Assembly (NCBI GenBank): GCA_001790095.1
Contig: MGBH01000001.1
Location: forward strand, 900,001 to 932,000
DNA length: 32,000 nt
Reading direction: 5' to 3'
From: Candidatus Saccharimonadota bacterium
Lineage (GTDB): Bacteria; Patescibacteriota; Microgenomatia; UBA1406; GWC2-37-13
Under the pieces are notes generated by a model. It was not told the origin of the DNA and did not search any database. It was given only the letters and a program-made list of their open reading frames with translations. A program made the translations under genes and the position numbers. Below, in pieces: positions 16,860 through 24,381 of the stretch (its first letter is position 1; each line of letters begins with the position of its first letter).

Positions 16860-17378
16860 TTAATTATATTGCATGAGCCTGTTTTTTACTCTCATCAGTT
16901 TTAACTCATTGTAAGCTTCCCTCATCGTCTCAAGGATCTCCTCTATAGTCTGCTCTGCCGCTCTGAAAGAAACTGCTTTTAGATTGTGGGGGAAATAATG
17001 AAAGATTTCGTTGCGTCCAAGTTTCCATGTTTGCCAGATCCGTTTTGCAAGCGCTTCACTGCCGCACTCTGAGACTTTTCTATATAAAGATCTCTCTCCA
17101 AGTCGGATTTCAAGATGAGGTGAAAGCAGTTTACCAAGACGCAGATGATCTGAAATATAGTCTAGATGTGATATAAATTTCACATCTTTGAAAAGCTGTT
17201 TGAGAAATCCTTCATATGTCTTTGCAAAAGGAAAAATAAGAAATGAGTAGTCTTTAAAATGAAAAGCATGATCGCGAATAATGTCTTGTGTAAGATACTG
17301 CCCTTCCAAAACTAAGTCTTTTTGCGTCTGTGAAAAATAGTTCCAAAGCGGTTCTTGCTGTAAAATATGTTTGTCCAT
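16860..17378 (-). CDS. Hypothetical protein with a HEPN-like RNxxxH motif (about 172 aa)
   Basis: WKLGRNEIFHYFPH (RNEIFH at 16998-17015) lies in the C-terminal half of a small, apparently helical protein. The start was moved to the ATG at 17376-17378, which removes the overlap with the divergent gene and places TGcTATATT 5 nt upstream. Confidence 0.4.
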   Translation of the reverse strand: MDKHILQQEPLWNYFSQTQKDLVLEGQYLTQDIIRDHAFHFKDYSFLIFPFAKTYEGFLKQLFKDVKFISHLDYISDHLRLGKLLSPHLEIRLGERSLYRKVSECGSEALAKRIWQTWKLGRNEIFHYFPHNLKAVSFRAAEQTIEEILETMREAYNELKLMRVKNRLMQYN

Positions 17379-17383
17379 ACTTA

Positions 17384-17409
17384 AATATAGCATAAATCGC
17401 TGTATACTA
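17384..17409. promoter_or_regulatory. Back-to-back divergent extended -10 elements
   Basis: The minus strand reads TGcTATATT-taagt-ATG(17378). The plus strand reads TGtATACTA-tctatc-ATG(17416). Confidence 0.35.
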
Positions 17410-17415
17410 TCTATC

Positions 17416-18984
17416 ATGAACCGTACTAAGGAGTTTGTCATCATCCTTATCCTTATAGCTTTCATCACCTACCTTCCCTCCCTTTTTGGCAACTTTGTAT
17501 GGGATGATGAAGATGTACTTTATGAAAATTCATATGTCAAAGATCTAAGAATTGATACATTTTTTACCAAAAACGCATTGGCTGGGAGGGGAAAAACTTC
17601 CAATTATTATCGCCCTATCCAGCTTCTTTTCCATAGTCTTATCTATCAAGGATTTGGTCTTCAATCATGGGCCTTTCATCTTACATCCATCCTGATGCAT
17701 ATAATAACAGGAATAATAGTGTTTATATTTTTGTGCTACATTCTGCAGGATGAAGTAGTTCCACTACTTACCGCTCTTTTTTTCCTTATTCACCCTATCC
17801 AGACTGAGGCTGTAAGTTATATTGCAGGCATAAACGATCCTCTGTATGTATCGTTTATGATGCTTGCGCTTCTTGTCTTTTTTATTCACAAAAATATCAA
17901 ACAAGCCATGTTTTGTATACTGTTTTTTTGCCTTGCACTGCTTTCTAAAGAACTTGCTGTGGTCGCAATCGGCATCATCTTTATACATGAGGTTTTATTT
18001 CACCGTTCTTTTGCCACAAAAAAATACGTTCTTTTTGCAATCATTGCAGGTATTGGAACCCTTTATATCATCGCTCGTCTAACCGTACTCCAGTTTTCCG
18101 ATATTTCCCTTTATTGGAGAGAAAGTGTCTATGGGACAAGTCTTTTCGTACGTTTGGCTACTTTTTTCCGCATCTTTTTTATTACGTTGGGTCTTTTTAT
18201 ATTTCCTAGAGAACTTCATTTGGAACGCGACTTCACAACGCCTATTCTAACCAACATCCTCAACCCATGGACGCTTTTTTTCGTTTTATTAAATGCAGGC
18301 ATTATCATCGGTGTCATTAAGTTCATGTCAACTGATATTCAAAGACGAAACACTGCTCTATTTTTGTGGTTTTCATTTCTCATATCGCTTCTTCCTTTTT
18401 CCGGCGTCATCCTTCTTAACGGGATCTTTTATGAGCATTATCTTTATCAGGCTTTGATATGGTTTTTTGCCTTTGTTTTATATTGTGTAAAACCCCTGTT
18501 AAAGCATAAAATAAGCATACTAATCATTACGATAGTTGTAATACTTTTTGTAATACGCTCCTATATCCGCCAATATGAATGGATCGATAATATACGTCTG
18601 TACAAACATACACTTACCTTTGCCCCCAAAAGCATACGGGTACTTAATAATCTAGGGTTTGAACTGGCCAATGTTGGAGCTCTCGATGAAGCAATTGGAA
18701 TCTACGGCAAAGCTATAAAGATTGATGATACAAAACCACAGATATATCATAATCTTGCCAATATCTTTGTTACAAAAAAGCAGTATGAAAAAGCGGAAAG
18801 CTATTTTCTCAAGGCTATCCAAATAGATCCTAATTTTTATTACTCTTACTATGCGTTACTAAATATGTATATGCAGACAAATAATAATAAAAAGGCAATT
18901 GCACTACTTGAAAAAGAGATGTTGCCTCGATATCCAAACGATGATGCATTGCGACAAATCTATAATAAACTTGGAGATAAATAA
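17416..18984 (+). CDS. TMTC-like polytopic membrane glycosyltransferase (GT-C/PMT-like) with C-terminal TPR repeats
   Basis: The N-terminal motif is FVWDDEDVLYENSYV. There are about 10 hydrophobic helices, then TPR-like repeats (..AIGIYGKAIKIDD..YHNLANIF..AESYFLKAIQIDPN..). The start is set at ATG 17416 (MNRTKEF..). Confidence 0.65.
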   Translation: MNRTKEFVIILILIAFITYLPSLFGNFVWDDEDVLYENSYVKDLRIDTFFTKNALAGRGKTSNYYRPIQLLFHSLIYQGFGLQSWAFHLTSILMHIITGIIVFIFLCYILQDEVVPLLTALFFLIHPIQTEAVSYIAGINDPLYVSFMMLALLVFFIHKNIKQAMFCILFFCLALLSKELAVVAIGIIFIHEVLFHRSFATKKYVLFAIIAGIGTLYIIARLTVLQFSDISLYWRESVYGTSLFVRLATFFRIFFITLGLFIFPRELHLERDFTTPILTNILNPWTLFFVLLNAGIIIGVIKFMSTDIQRRNTALFLWFSFLISLLPFSGVILLNGIFYEHYLYQALIWFFAFVLYCVKPLLKHKISILIITIVVILFVIRSYIRQYEWIDNIRLYKHTLTFAPKSIRVLNNLGFELANVGALDEAIGIYGKAIKIDDTKPQIYHNLANIFVTKKQYEKAESYFLKAIQIDPNFYYSYYALLNMYMQTNNNKKAIALLEKEMLPRYPNDDALRQIYNKLGDK

Positions 18985-19068
18985 TGAATCAGCCTTGAAA
19001 TCATGCAATATAAAAGATTATTATCTTATTGCATAATTTATAAAAAGTACTAGAATAACTTTACTCAT

Positions 19069-19746
19069 ATGAAAAAGCTGTTTGAACTTATTAATAAAAA
19101 TTTTGATTCCTTTCATTTCCTTGATGTCTTTCGTGGCAAAGACAAGCAAGAACTTCCAATCATCACCATTTCACGAGAAAAGGGATCTGGCGGAAGACCT
19201 ATTGCTTTTCTTTTAATAAAAAAACTGGGAGGAAGCTGGAAAGTGTATCATAAAGATATCGTAGATGAGATCGCAAAAGAAGCAAATCTTGAAAAAGAAC
19301 TCATAGAGGAAGTAGATGAAGAAAATGTCCCTCTTATTGAACAAATGATAGACAATGTCCTTGGAAAAGAATATATGAATCTGTCGACGTATTACAAACA
19401 TCTCGTCCGTGTTCTTTCTACTATCGGTAACCGTGGGCACGCTATCATCATTGGCCGTGGGGCCAACTTTCTTTTTCCTGATGCTTTAAAAGTCCGTATC
19501 GTTTGTGAGATGGATGAACGGATCCAAAAAGTTATGAAATATGAGAAGCTTTCTCAAAAAGACGCAATAGATATCATCAATGAGTCAGACAAAAAACGAA
19601 CAGCTTTTGCCAAATCTCTTTTTCAACACGATCCTCGCAAAGCACATCATTATGATCTTATCATCCGAACAGGTAAGAAAGTCTCCCTTGAAGACGCTGC
19701 CGACCTCATCGTCAACGCTGCAAAACAGAGGTTTGGTGGTCGTTGA
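19069..19746 (+). CDS. Cytidylate-kinase-like (AAA/NMP-kinase fold) family protein
   Basis: A P-loop-like ITISREKGSGGRPIA sits near the N-terminus, followed by IIIGRGANF. Size and layout are typical of the Cytidylate_kin2-type family. Confidence 0.55.
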   Translation: MKKLFELINKNFDSFHFLDVFRGKDKQELPIITISREKGSGGRPIAFLLIKKLGGSWKVYHKDIVDEIAKEANLEKELIEEVDEENVPLIEQMIDNVLGKEYMNLSTYYKHLVRVLSTIGNRGHAIIIGRGANFLFPDALKVRIVCEMDERIQKVMKYEKLSQKDAIDIINESDKKRTAFAKSLFQHDPRKAHHYDLIIRTGKKVSLEDAADLIVNAAKQRFGGR

Positions 19747-19770
19747 TAATCCTATAGTATATGGTATAAT
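19743..19770 (+). promoter_or_regulatory. Promoter of the Fic-like gene, leaderless layout
   Basis: TTGATA-16 nt (contains CTATAG, 19752-19757)-TGgTATAAT(19765-19770)-taagga-ATG(19777). Confidence 0.45.
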
Positions 19771-19776
19771 TAAGGA

Positions 19777-21444
19777 ATGCCCGAACCTCTTAAACTTAAA
19801 GAAGTTGCCCATTTAGATCATATTAAAAGATGGATTACTCTTAGCCGCAGTGGTACTGTGACTGATGAATTAATACGTTCACGCAATATGCTTGTTGATC
19901 TCCTTAACCCATCGTTTTCTTCGTTTGTCTCATATTCTCAAGATATGCCTCCTCTTCATAACTATATTGTTCAGATGTCAGAAAAACACAGGCTTATTGA
20001 GCTTCAACCGGATCTCGAAAGAGCCCTAGAAGATCTACCTAAAGATATGCGCGCACTAAACAAACCTCAGCAAGAACTTATCGGATTTGCGTCAATTGTA
20101 TTGGAAGGATGTAATATTGATACTCAGATAGAACCGACAACATATATGAATCCTTCACGCCTGAATAGTCGCATGAAAAATGCTGTTCACTTTCAAACAG
20201 AAGAAGATTGGCTTGAATCAGCATCGTTTGTAGCAAACTACCATGGTACAAGCTACGAGCAGGTTTGCAAATCAGAAAGCATAAAACAAATGGAACGCTA
20301 TTTAGCTCCAATCTCGCGAAATGTTACACCTGAACACATAGAACACCTTTTTAAACTATTTACAGATCACGTATATCCACCAAGCCATACCGGTTCTTTT
20401 CAAACTCCCGCAATCAGATCAAGAACTATCCCATTCTATGCTCCAAACAACGTGGATCAGCACGTATGGGCAATTATGGATTTGGAACAAAATATCGCAT
20501 ACGAACTTGGAGTCTTGATCCCCTATCATCCAACTCCTGAAAGCAAACAAAGAGCAATGGATTATTATCTTGAGCTTTTCTACAACCCTTTACTTGAAGT
20601 AAGTCATCAAACTGATTATTTCGAAGCTTTGAGCATGCTTTATACGCTGTATCTATGTCTGCATCCGGCACTTGACGGAAACGGTACTATTGCTAAAGCT
20701 CTCGTAAATCATTTTATGACAAATAAAGGCCTCCAACCGCTTGATTGGGATAAAATAAAATCAAACCCACGCAAACTAAAAGAAGGACAATCGGCGGTAT
20801 TAGAGTGGATCAAAGATAACAGAAGGCCACTTCAAGATTGGTTTAAAGCTTTGACTGAACCAGAAAGAACTCCTTTTACTGTATTGGAATACGACTCTAT
20901 TGGTATCGTAAGAACTCCTGATGGAATACGAATATATGGAATCCCCAAAGATCAGTCATTAAAACCTAAAGATGTGACTTTGCTTACAGATCAAGATTTA
21001 AAGGATCCTCAGATGGTTCAGCAAATCATTGAACAGGGGTGGCTTGACATAGTTGAATTAAAAATATCAAAAGAATCATACAACCCTCTTGCATACCAGC
21101 GATTTTTGGAACTTTTACAACTCGCTGGAGAGCGCTATCAAGAAGCCCTGGATACAACCGCACAAACAGGTAATAAAATTAATCCCGATGATCCTCACGA
21201 GCGCCTTCGTCTGGTTGGCGAATACAGGAAATCAGCAGCAATAGCATCTGGTCTATCTAAAGATCCATGGTATGTCGAGCTATCAGCCAATGTAGGATTT
21301 GTATGGAGACAGTACTTACATTATGATCCACAAGGCAGATTAGTTACAGACGTAGACAGACTGCACGCTGAGGTCGATTGGCTTCATGAACCCGATGGAA
21401 TAACACAAAGAGCGATCGGAAGGGTAAACTGTCTAGGTCGATAA
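19777..21444 (+). CDS. Fic/Fido-like protein with a degenerate active-site motif
   Basis: HPALDGNGTIAK (20662-20697) compares with the canonical HPFx(D/E)GNGRxxR. The His, Asp and GNG are kept, and the two Arg are replaced by Thr and Lys. The rest of the 555-aa protein is unrecognised. Confidence 0.5.
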   Translation: MPEPLKLKEVAHLDHIKRWITLSRSGTVTDELIRSRNMLVDLLNPSFSSFVSYSQDMPPLHNYIVQMSEKHRLIELQPDLERALEDLPKDMRALNKPQQELIGFASIVLEGCNIDTQIEPTTYMNPSRLNSRMKNAVHFQTEEDWLESASFVANYHGTSYEQVCKSESIKQMERYLAPISRNVTPEHIEHLFKLFTDHVYPPSHTGSFQTPAIRSRTIPFYAPNNVDQHVWAIMDLEQNIAYELGVLIPYHPTPESKQRAMDYYLELFYNPLLEVSHQTDYFEALSMLYTLYLCLHPALDGNGTIAKALVNHFMTNKGLQPLDWDKIKSNPRKLKEGQSAVLEWIKDNRRPLQDWFKALTEPERTPFTVLEYDSIGIVRTPDGIRIYGIPKDQSLKPKDVTLLTDQDLKDPQMVQQIIEQGWLDIVELKISKESYNPLAYQRFLELLQLAGERYQEALDTTAQTGNKINPDDPHERLRLVGEYRKSAAIASGLSKDPWYVELSANVGFVWRQYLHYDPQGRLVTDVDRLHAEVDWLHEPDGITQRAIGRVNCLGR

Positions 21445-21457
21445 CAAATAGTACTTC

Positions 21458-22216
21458 TTATATTTTCTCCAGATCAATCCTTATGCTGGGAGTCATGGTA
21501 GAGGTAAGAAATGCATCTAAGATATTTATCTTTCCAACAGCGTTCATAAAGACCCTGATGTTTTCAATAAGTTTTTTGTCCTCATAGGAAAGCTTACCAA
21601 CCATTTGGTGAATAAGAGGAAACTTGTTTTCTGTTTTGTAGCGAAGTGTTCCTTTTAAGAATTTTTTTGCGATTTCTTCAGGATTTGGAGAAATAGTACC
21701 TGCTTTTGGATTGGGCATAAGACCTTTGGGACCTAGTATCTTTGCATATTTTGCAAGACGCGGCATAAAGGATGGGTGAGTGATAAGAATGTCAAAGTTC
21801 ATCCTACCTGACTCAAGCTCTAAAAGCACTGCATCATTCACGATCGCAACACGGACCGTCTTACCTGTGCTGTGAGGAAGTTCAATCTCACCCCTAATAC
21901 CAGTCTTTCCAACATTTAGATGTAGATCAACTGATTCATCAAAGGAAACATACTTCATCTTTTTTAAAAGAATGATCGCATCTTCAAGGCTATATTTCTT
22001 TTTTTTATCAACTTGTTTTTTTGAGGCAAGATATTTTTTTCCGCGTCCACTTTGTCCTTTTTTTTTGGTGGTGCTTGATGTTTTTTCAACCTTTTTTTCT
22101 TTTACTTCGATCTTTTCTGATGACTCTTTTTTTTCCATTGCCTTTTTTTTCTGCTCTTCTTTTTGTTGTTTTTCAACGTCTTCTACTCCTAAAGCTCGTG
22201 GTTTCATTTTTCCCAT
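21458..22216 (-). CDS. rplA: 50S ribosomal protein L1 with an N-terminal extension of about 55 aa rich in Lys and Glu
   Basis: The canonical L1 core runs from ..GKKYLASKKQVDKKKKYSLEDAIILLKK..VDLHLNVG.. to the end. It sits immediately downstream of rplK. Confidence 0.9.
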   Translation of the reverse strand: MGKMKPRALGVEDVEKQQKEEQKKKAMEKKESSEKIEVKEKKVEKTSSTTKKKGQSGRGKKYLASKKQVDKKKKYSLEDAIILLKKMKYVSFDESVDLHLNVGKTGIRGEIELPHSTGKTVRVAIVNDAVLLELESGRMNFDILITHPSFMPRLAKYAKILGPKGLMPNPKAGTISPNPEEIAKKFLKGTLRYKTENKFPLIHQMVGKLSYEDKKLIENIRVFMNAVGKINILDAFLTSTMTPSIRIDLEKI

Positions 22217-22225
22217 AATATTTTT

Positions 22226-22307
22226 GTCATTCCCGCGAAGGCGGGAATCTAGACTATAATTTCAAATTTGTATTTTGAGACTGGATCCCGGCCTCCGCCG
22301 GGATGAC
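22226..22307 (-). mobile_element. MITE/REP-like double-hairpin element, copy 2 (inverted relative to copy 1), in the rplK-rplA spacer
   Basis: GTCATTCCCGCGaaggCGGGAAT...ATCCCGGCctccGCCGGGATGAC. It has the same two 8-bp/4-nt hairpins and the same central attatagtctagatt core as 2314-2396. Confidence 0.7.
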
Positions 22308-22317
22308 CTCGCTGGGG

Positions 22318-22743
22318 TCATTTCTCTACATCTATCCCCATGCTTCTTGCTGTCCCTGCAACTACTTTCTTTGCTGCTTCAATATTGTCTGTATTAAGAT
22401 CTGGTAATTTTTCCTTTGCTATTTCCTCCAGTTGAGACTTTGTCAACTTACCGACTTTCTCCGTATTTGGTCTGCCGCTCCCAAGTTTTAATCCTATCTT
22501 TTTTTTAATCATAGCTGCAACGGGTGGAAGTTTGGTAATAAATGTAAATGACCGATCTTCATAAACAGTTATAACAGCTGGAATAATCTGTCCCTTTAGC
22601 TTAGCAGTGCGTGCGTTATACTCTTTGATAAACTCCATGATCGGAATACCGTGTTGACCCAAAGCAGGACCAACTGGTGGAGCAGGTGTTGCTTCTCCGG
22701 CTGAAAGATTAAGTTTGATAAGTGTCTTTACTTTTTTTGCCAT
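22318..22743 (-). CDS. rplK: 50S ribosomal protein L11
   Basis: [33 protein letters not shown]..., 141 aa. Its ATG lies 1 nt after the nusG stop. Confidence 0.95.
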   Translation of the reverse strand: MAKKVKTLIKLNLSAGEATPAPPVGPALGQHGIPIMEFIKEYNARTAKLKGQIIPAVITVYEDRSFTFITKLPPVAAMIKKKIGLKLGSGRPNTEKVGKLTKSQLEEIAKEKLPDLNTDNIEAAKKVVAGTARSMGIDVEK

Positions 22744-22744
22744 A

Positions 22745-23332
22745 TTATAATTTTGTCACTTGTAAAAAATCTAGCTCAACTGGTGTTTCTCGGTCAAAGA
22801 TAGAGACCAATACACGGACTTTCCCGCGCTCTTCATCGATTGCCTCAATCGTACCTAAAAAGTCGGCAAACGGACCCTCGGTGATCTTAACCGCTTCTCC
22901 AACTGAGAACTTGGTCTTGAATTTGGGTTGTTCTTGCGATACAAACTTCATAATCGCCTCAACTTCCTTATCAGAGATGGGAGTGGGTTTAAGACCTGCA
23001 CCCACAAATCCGGTGACTCCTTCTGTTGTACGTACGACAAGCCATGAGTCATCATCTAGTATCATACGGACCAATACATAACCTGGAAATACTTTTTCGA
23101 TGGCCTTTGCTTTTTTGCCTTTTTTTATAGCTACTACTTCACGAGTGGGGATAACAACGTCAAATATCTTGTCTTCAACACCCAAACTCTTGACTCTTTG
23201 TACAAGCGCCTGTTTCACTTTATTTTCATACCCTGTTTGGATATGGATAACATACCACTTCGGCTGTACTCCCAAGACGGGAACATTTTTTAATGCTTCT
23301 TTTTGTTCTTTAGCAAGATCTGTCGCAATCAT
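22745..23332 (-). CDS. nusG: Transcription termination/antitermination factor NusG
   Basis: The NGN domain ([15 protein letters not shown]) and the KOW domain ([21 protein letters not shown]) are present. It lies in the conserved secE-nusG-rplK order. Confidence 0.9.
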   Translation of the reverse strand: MIATDLAKEQKEALKNVPVLGVQPKWYVIHIQTGYENKVKQALVQRVKSLGVEDKIFDVVIPTREVVAIKKGKKAKAIEKVFPGYVLVRMILDDDSWLVVRTTEGVTGFVGAGLKPTPISDKEVEAIMKFVSQEQPKFKTKFSVGEAVKITEGPFADFLGTIEAIDEERGKVRVLVSIFDRETPVELDFLQVTKL

Positions 23333-23340
23333 ATATTAAA

Positions 23341-23460
23341 AAATTCAAATGTCAAATCTCAAAACTCAAAACTCAAATCTATATATGAAATATAAAATCT
23401 TAAGATAGACATTTAAGATTTTAGATGTAGATCTGATATTTGAACTTTGAGATTTAAGAT
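23341..23460. repeat. Composite inverted-repeat/microsatellite element filling the secE-nusG spacer
   Basis: The outer imperfect arms are aaatctcaaaactcaaaactcaaat and atttgaactttgagattt. The inner perfect hairpin has a 10-bp stem, aaaatcttaa (23394-23403) with ttaagatttt (23413-23422). CTCAAAA heptamers are present. Confidence 0.5.
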
Positions 23461-23467
23461 TACTCTC

Positions 23468-23665
23468 TTATCTAAATTTCGTAACCATCTCAAGTCCTTT
23501 TGCCAACAAGACATCTATTATACCTATATAAAATCCAATAATCAAGGATATTGCGATGACAATTGTTGTTAAACGAACTGTCTCTTTGCGGGATGGCCAC
23601 GTTACTTTTTTAAGTTCATCGATTATGTCCCGTGCAAATGCGGGGGTTATAGTTGTTTTTTGCAT
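23468..23665 (-). CDS. secE: Preprotein translocase subunit SecE
   Basis: A 65-aa protein reading ..ELKKVTWPSRKETVRLTTIVIAISLIIGFYIGIID.., with a single TM helix. It lies upstream of nusG. Confidence 0.85.
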   Translation of the reverse strand: MQKTTITPAFARDIIDELKKVTWPSRKETVRLTTIVIAISLIIGFYIGIIDVLLAKGLEMVTKFR

Positions 23666-23675
23666 GATAGACCTA

Positions 23676-23721
23676 ATTGTAACATAAAATTTTTAATAGG
23701 GAGCACAAAATATGTTACACT
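23676..23721. promoter_or_regulatory. Divergent extended -10 elements for secE and for the 23728 operon
   Basis: The minus strand reads TGtTACAAT (23676-23684), 10 nt from the secE ATG. The plus strand reads TGtTACACT (23713-23721)-gatagt-ATG(23728). Confidence 0.4.
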
Positions 23722-23727
23722 GATAGT

Positions 23728-24381
23728 ATGAATATCGAAATCATCCATTCCGTCATACTCATCTTTACTATAGGCCTTTCTTTTCTTTTTCCTGCCTCAT
23801 TATTCGCCCGTTTTGACTTACAGATTGCGGCTTTTTTATTTATCGTTTTTTTTGTTGTCCGTAAGATCGTAGGTGACCGATTGAGATCGCGGCTTCTTGA
23901 GTCTGTGATCTTTACCTTTGTCATCTTGTTAACGATAAACACAACAGGAGGTCTCCATTCTTCATTTTTTTTTCTTCTCTATTTTCTTCTTTTTTCTCTT
24001 TCGCTGCTCCTTGAACCTGTAGTATCCATTACCTCAACTCTTGCGCTTATGATCTTTTTCATGGTCTCACTTCCGCCAAATCAGGACTTAAAGACGCTGT
24101 TGCCTATTTTTTCTCTTGCATTCCTCACGCCGTTTGCCCTTTTTATGGGACAAGAATTCATAGAAAGTCAAAGGTTAAAAGTCAAAAGTCAAAAGTTGGA
24201 AACAGACCTGGAAAAAAATAAAGAAGAGACGTTTCTGTTTCTTTCCCTTATGCTGAAAAACCATCTTAAAAGCATTATTCATGCTATCGATAATTTTATG
24301 GGTGATCATGAGCTTCATTCAATAAAAAAGCACGTCCGTAATATGGAAAAATTGATTGAAAAGTATGAAAATAGTCAATAA
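23728..24381 (+). CDS. Hypothetical polytopic membrane protein with a C-terminal coiled-coil/DHp-like tail
   Basis: About 5 hydrophobic helices are followed by a charged helical region (..EETFLFLSLMLKNHLKSIIHAIDNF..). No kinase catalytic domain is present. Confidence 0.55.
   Translation: MNIEIIHSVILIFTIGLSFLFPASLFARFDLQIAAFLFIVFFVVRKIVGDRLRSRLLESVIFTFVILLTINTTGGLHSSFFFLLYFLLFSLSLLLEPVVSITSTLALMIFFMVSLPPNQDLKTLLPIFSLAFLTPFALFMGQEFIESQRLKVKSQKLETDLEKNKEETFLFLSLMLKNHLKSIIHAIDNFMGDHELHSIKKHVRNMEKLIEKYENSQ
24167..24201 (+). repeat. Heptanucleotide tandem repeat (GTCAAAA-like, about 5 units) inside the CDS
   Basis: The units are gtcaaag gttaaaa gtcaaaa gtcaaaa gttggaa. They encode ..SQRLKVKSQKLE.. 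at the junction of the membrane domain and the tail. Confidence 0.6.

Noticed and set aside
3583-21457. The accessory region considered as a prophage or integrative element.
   Set aside because: I recognised no integrase, transposase, capsid, portal or terminase-like proteins, no flanking tRNA and no direct repeats. Only composition and the synteny break suggest foreign origin.
2045-23942. Many 60-130-aa track ORFs nested antisense or out of frame within long genes. Examples are 2045-2290, 2868-3074, 4992-5213, 5014-5199, 8131-8340, 9243-9431, 9788-10050, 11812-12000, 13393-13650, 14825-15106, 15634-16276, 16373-16876, 17764-18082, 19213-19440, 19580-19816, 20078-20671, 21972-22259, 22722-23339 and 23715-23942.
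   Set aside because: Each lies within, or substantially overlaps, a longer ORF that has recognisable conserved motifs or strong length support. None has motifs of its own. They are typical shadow ORFs.
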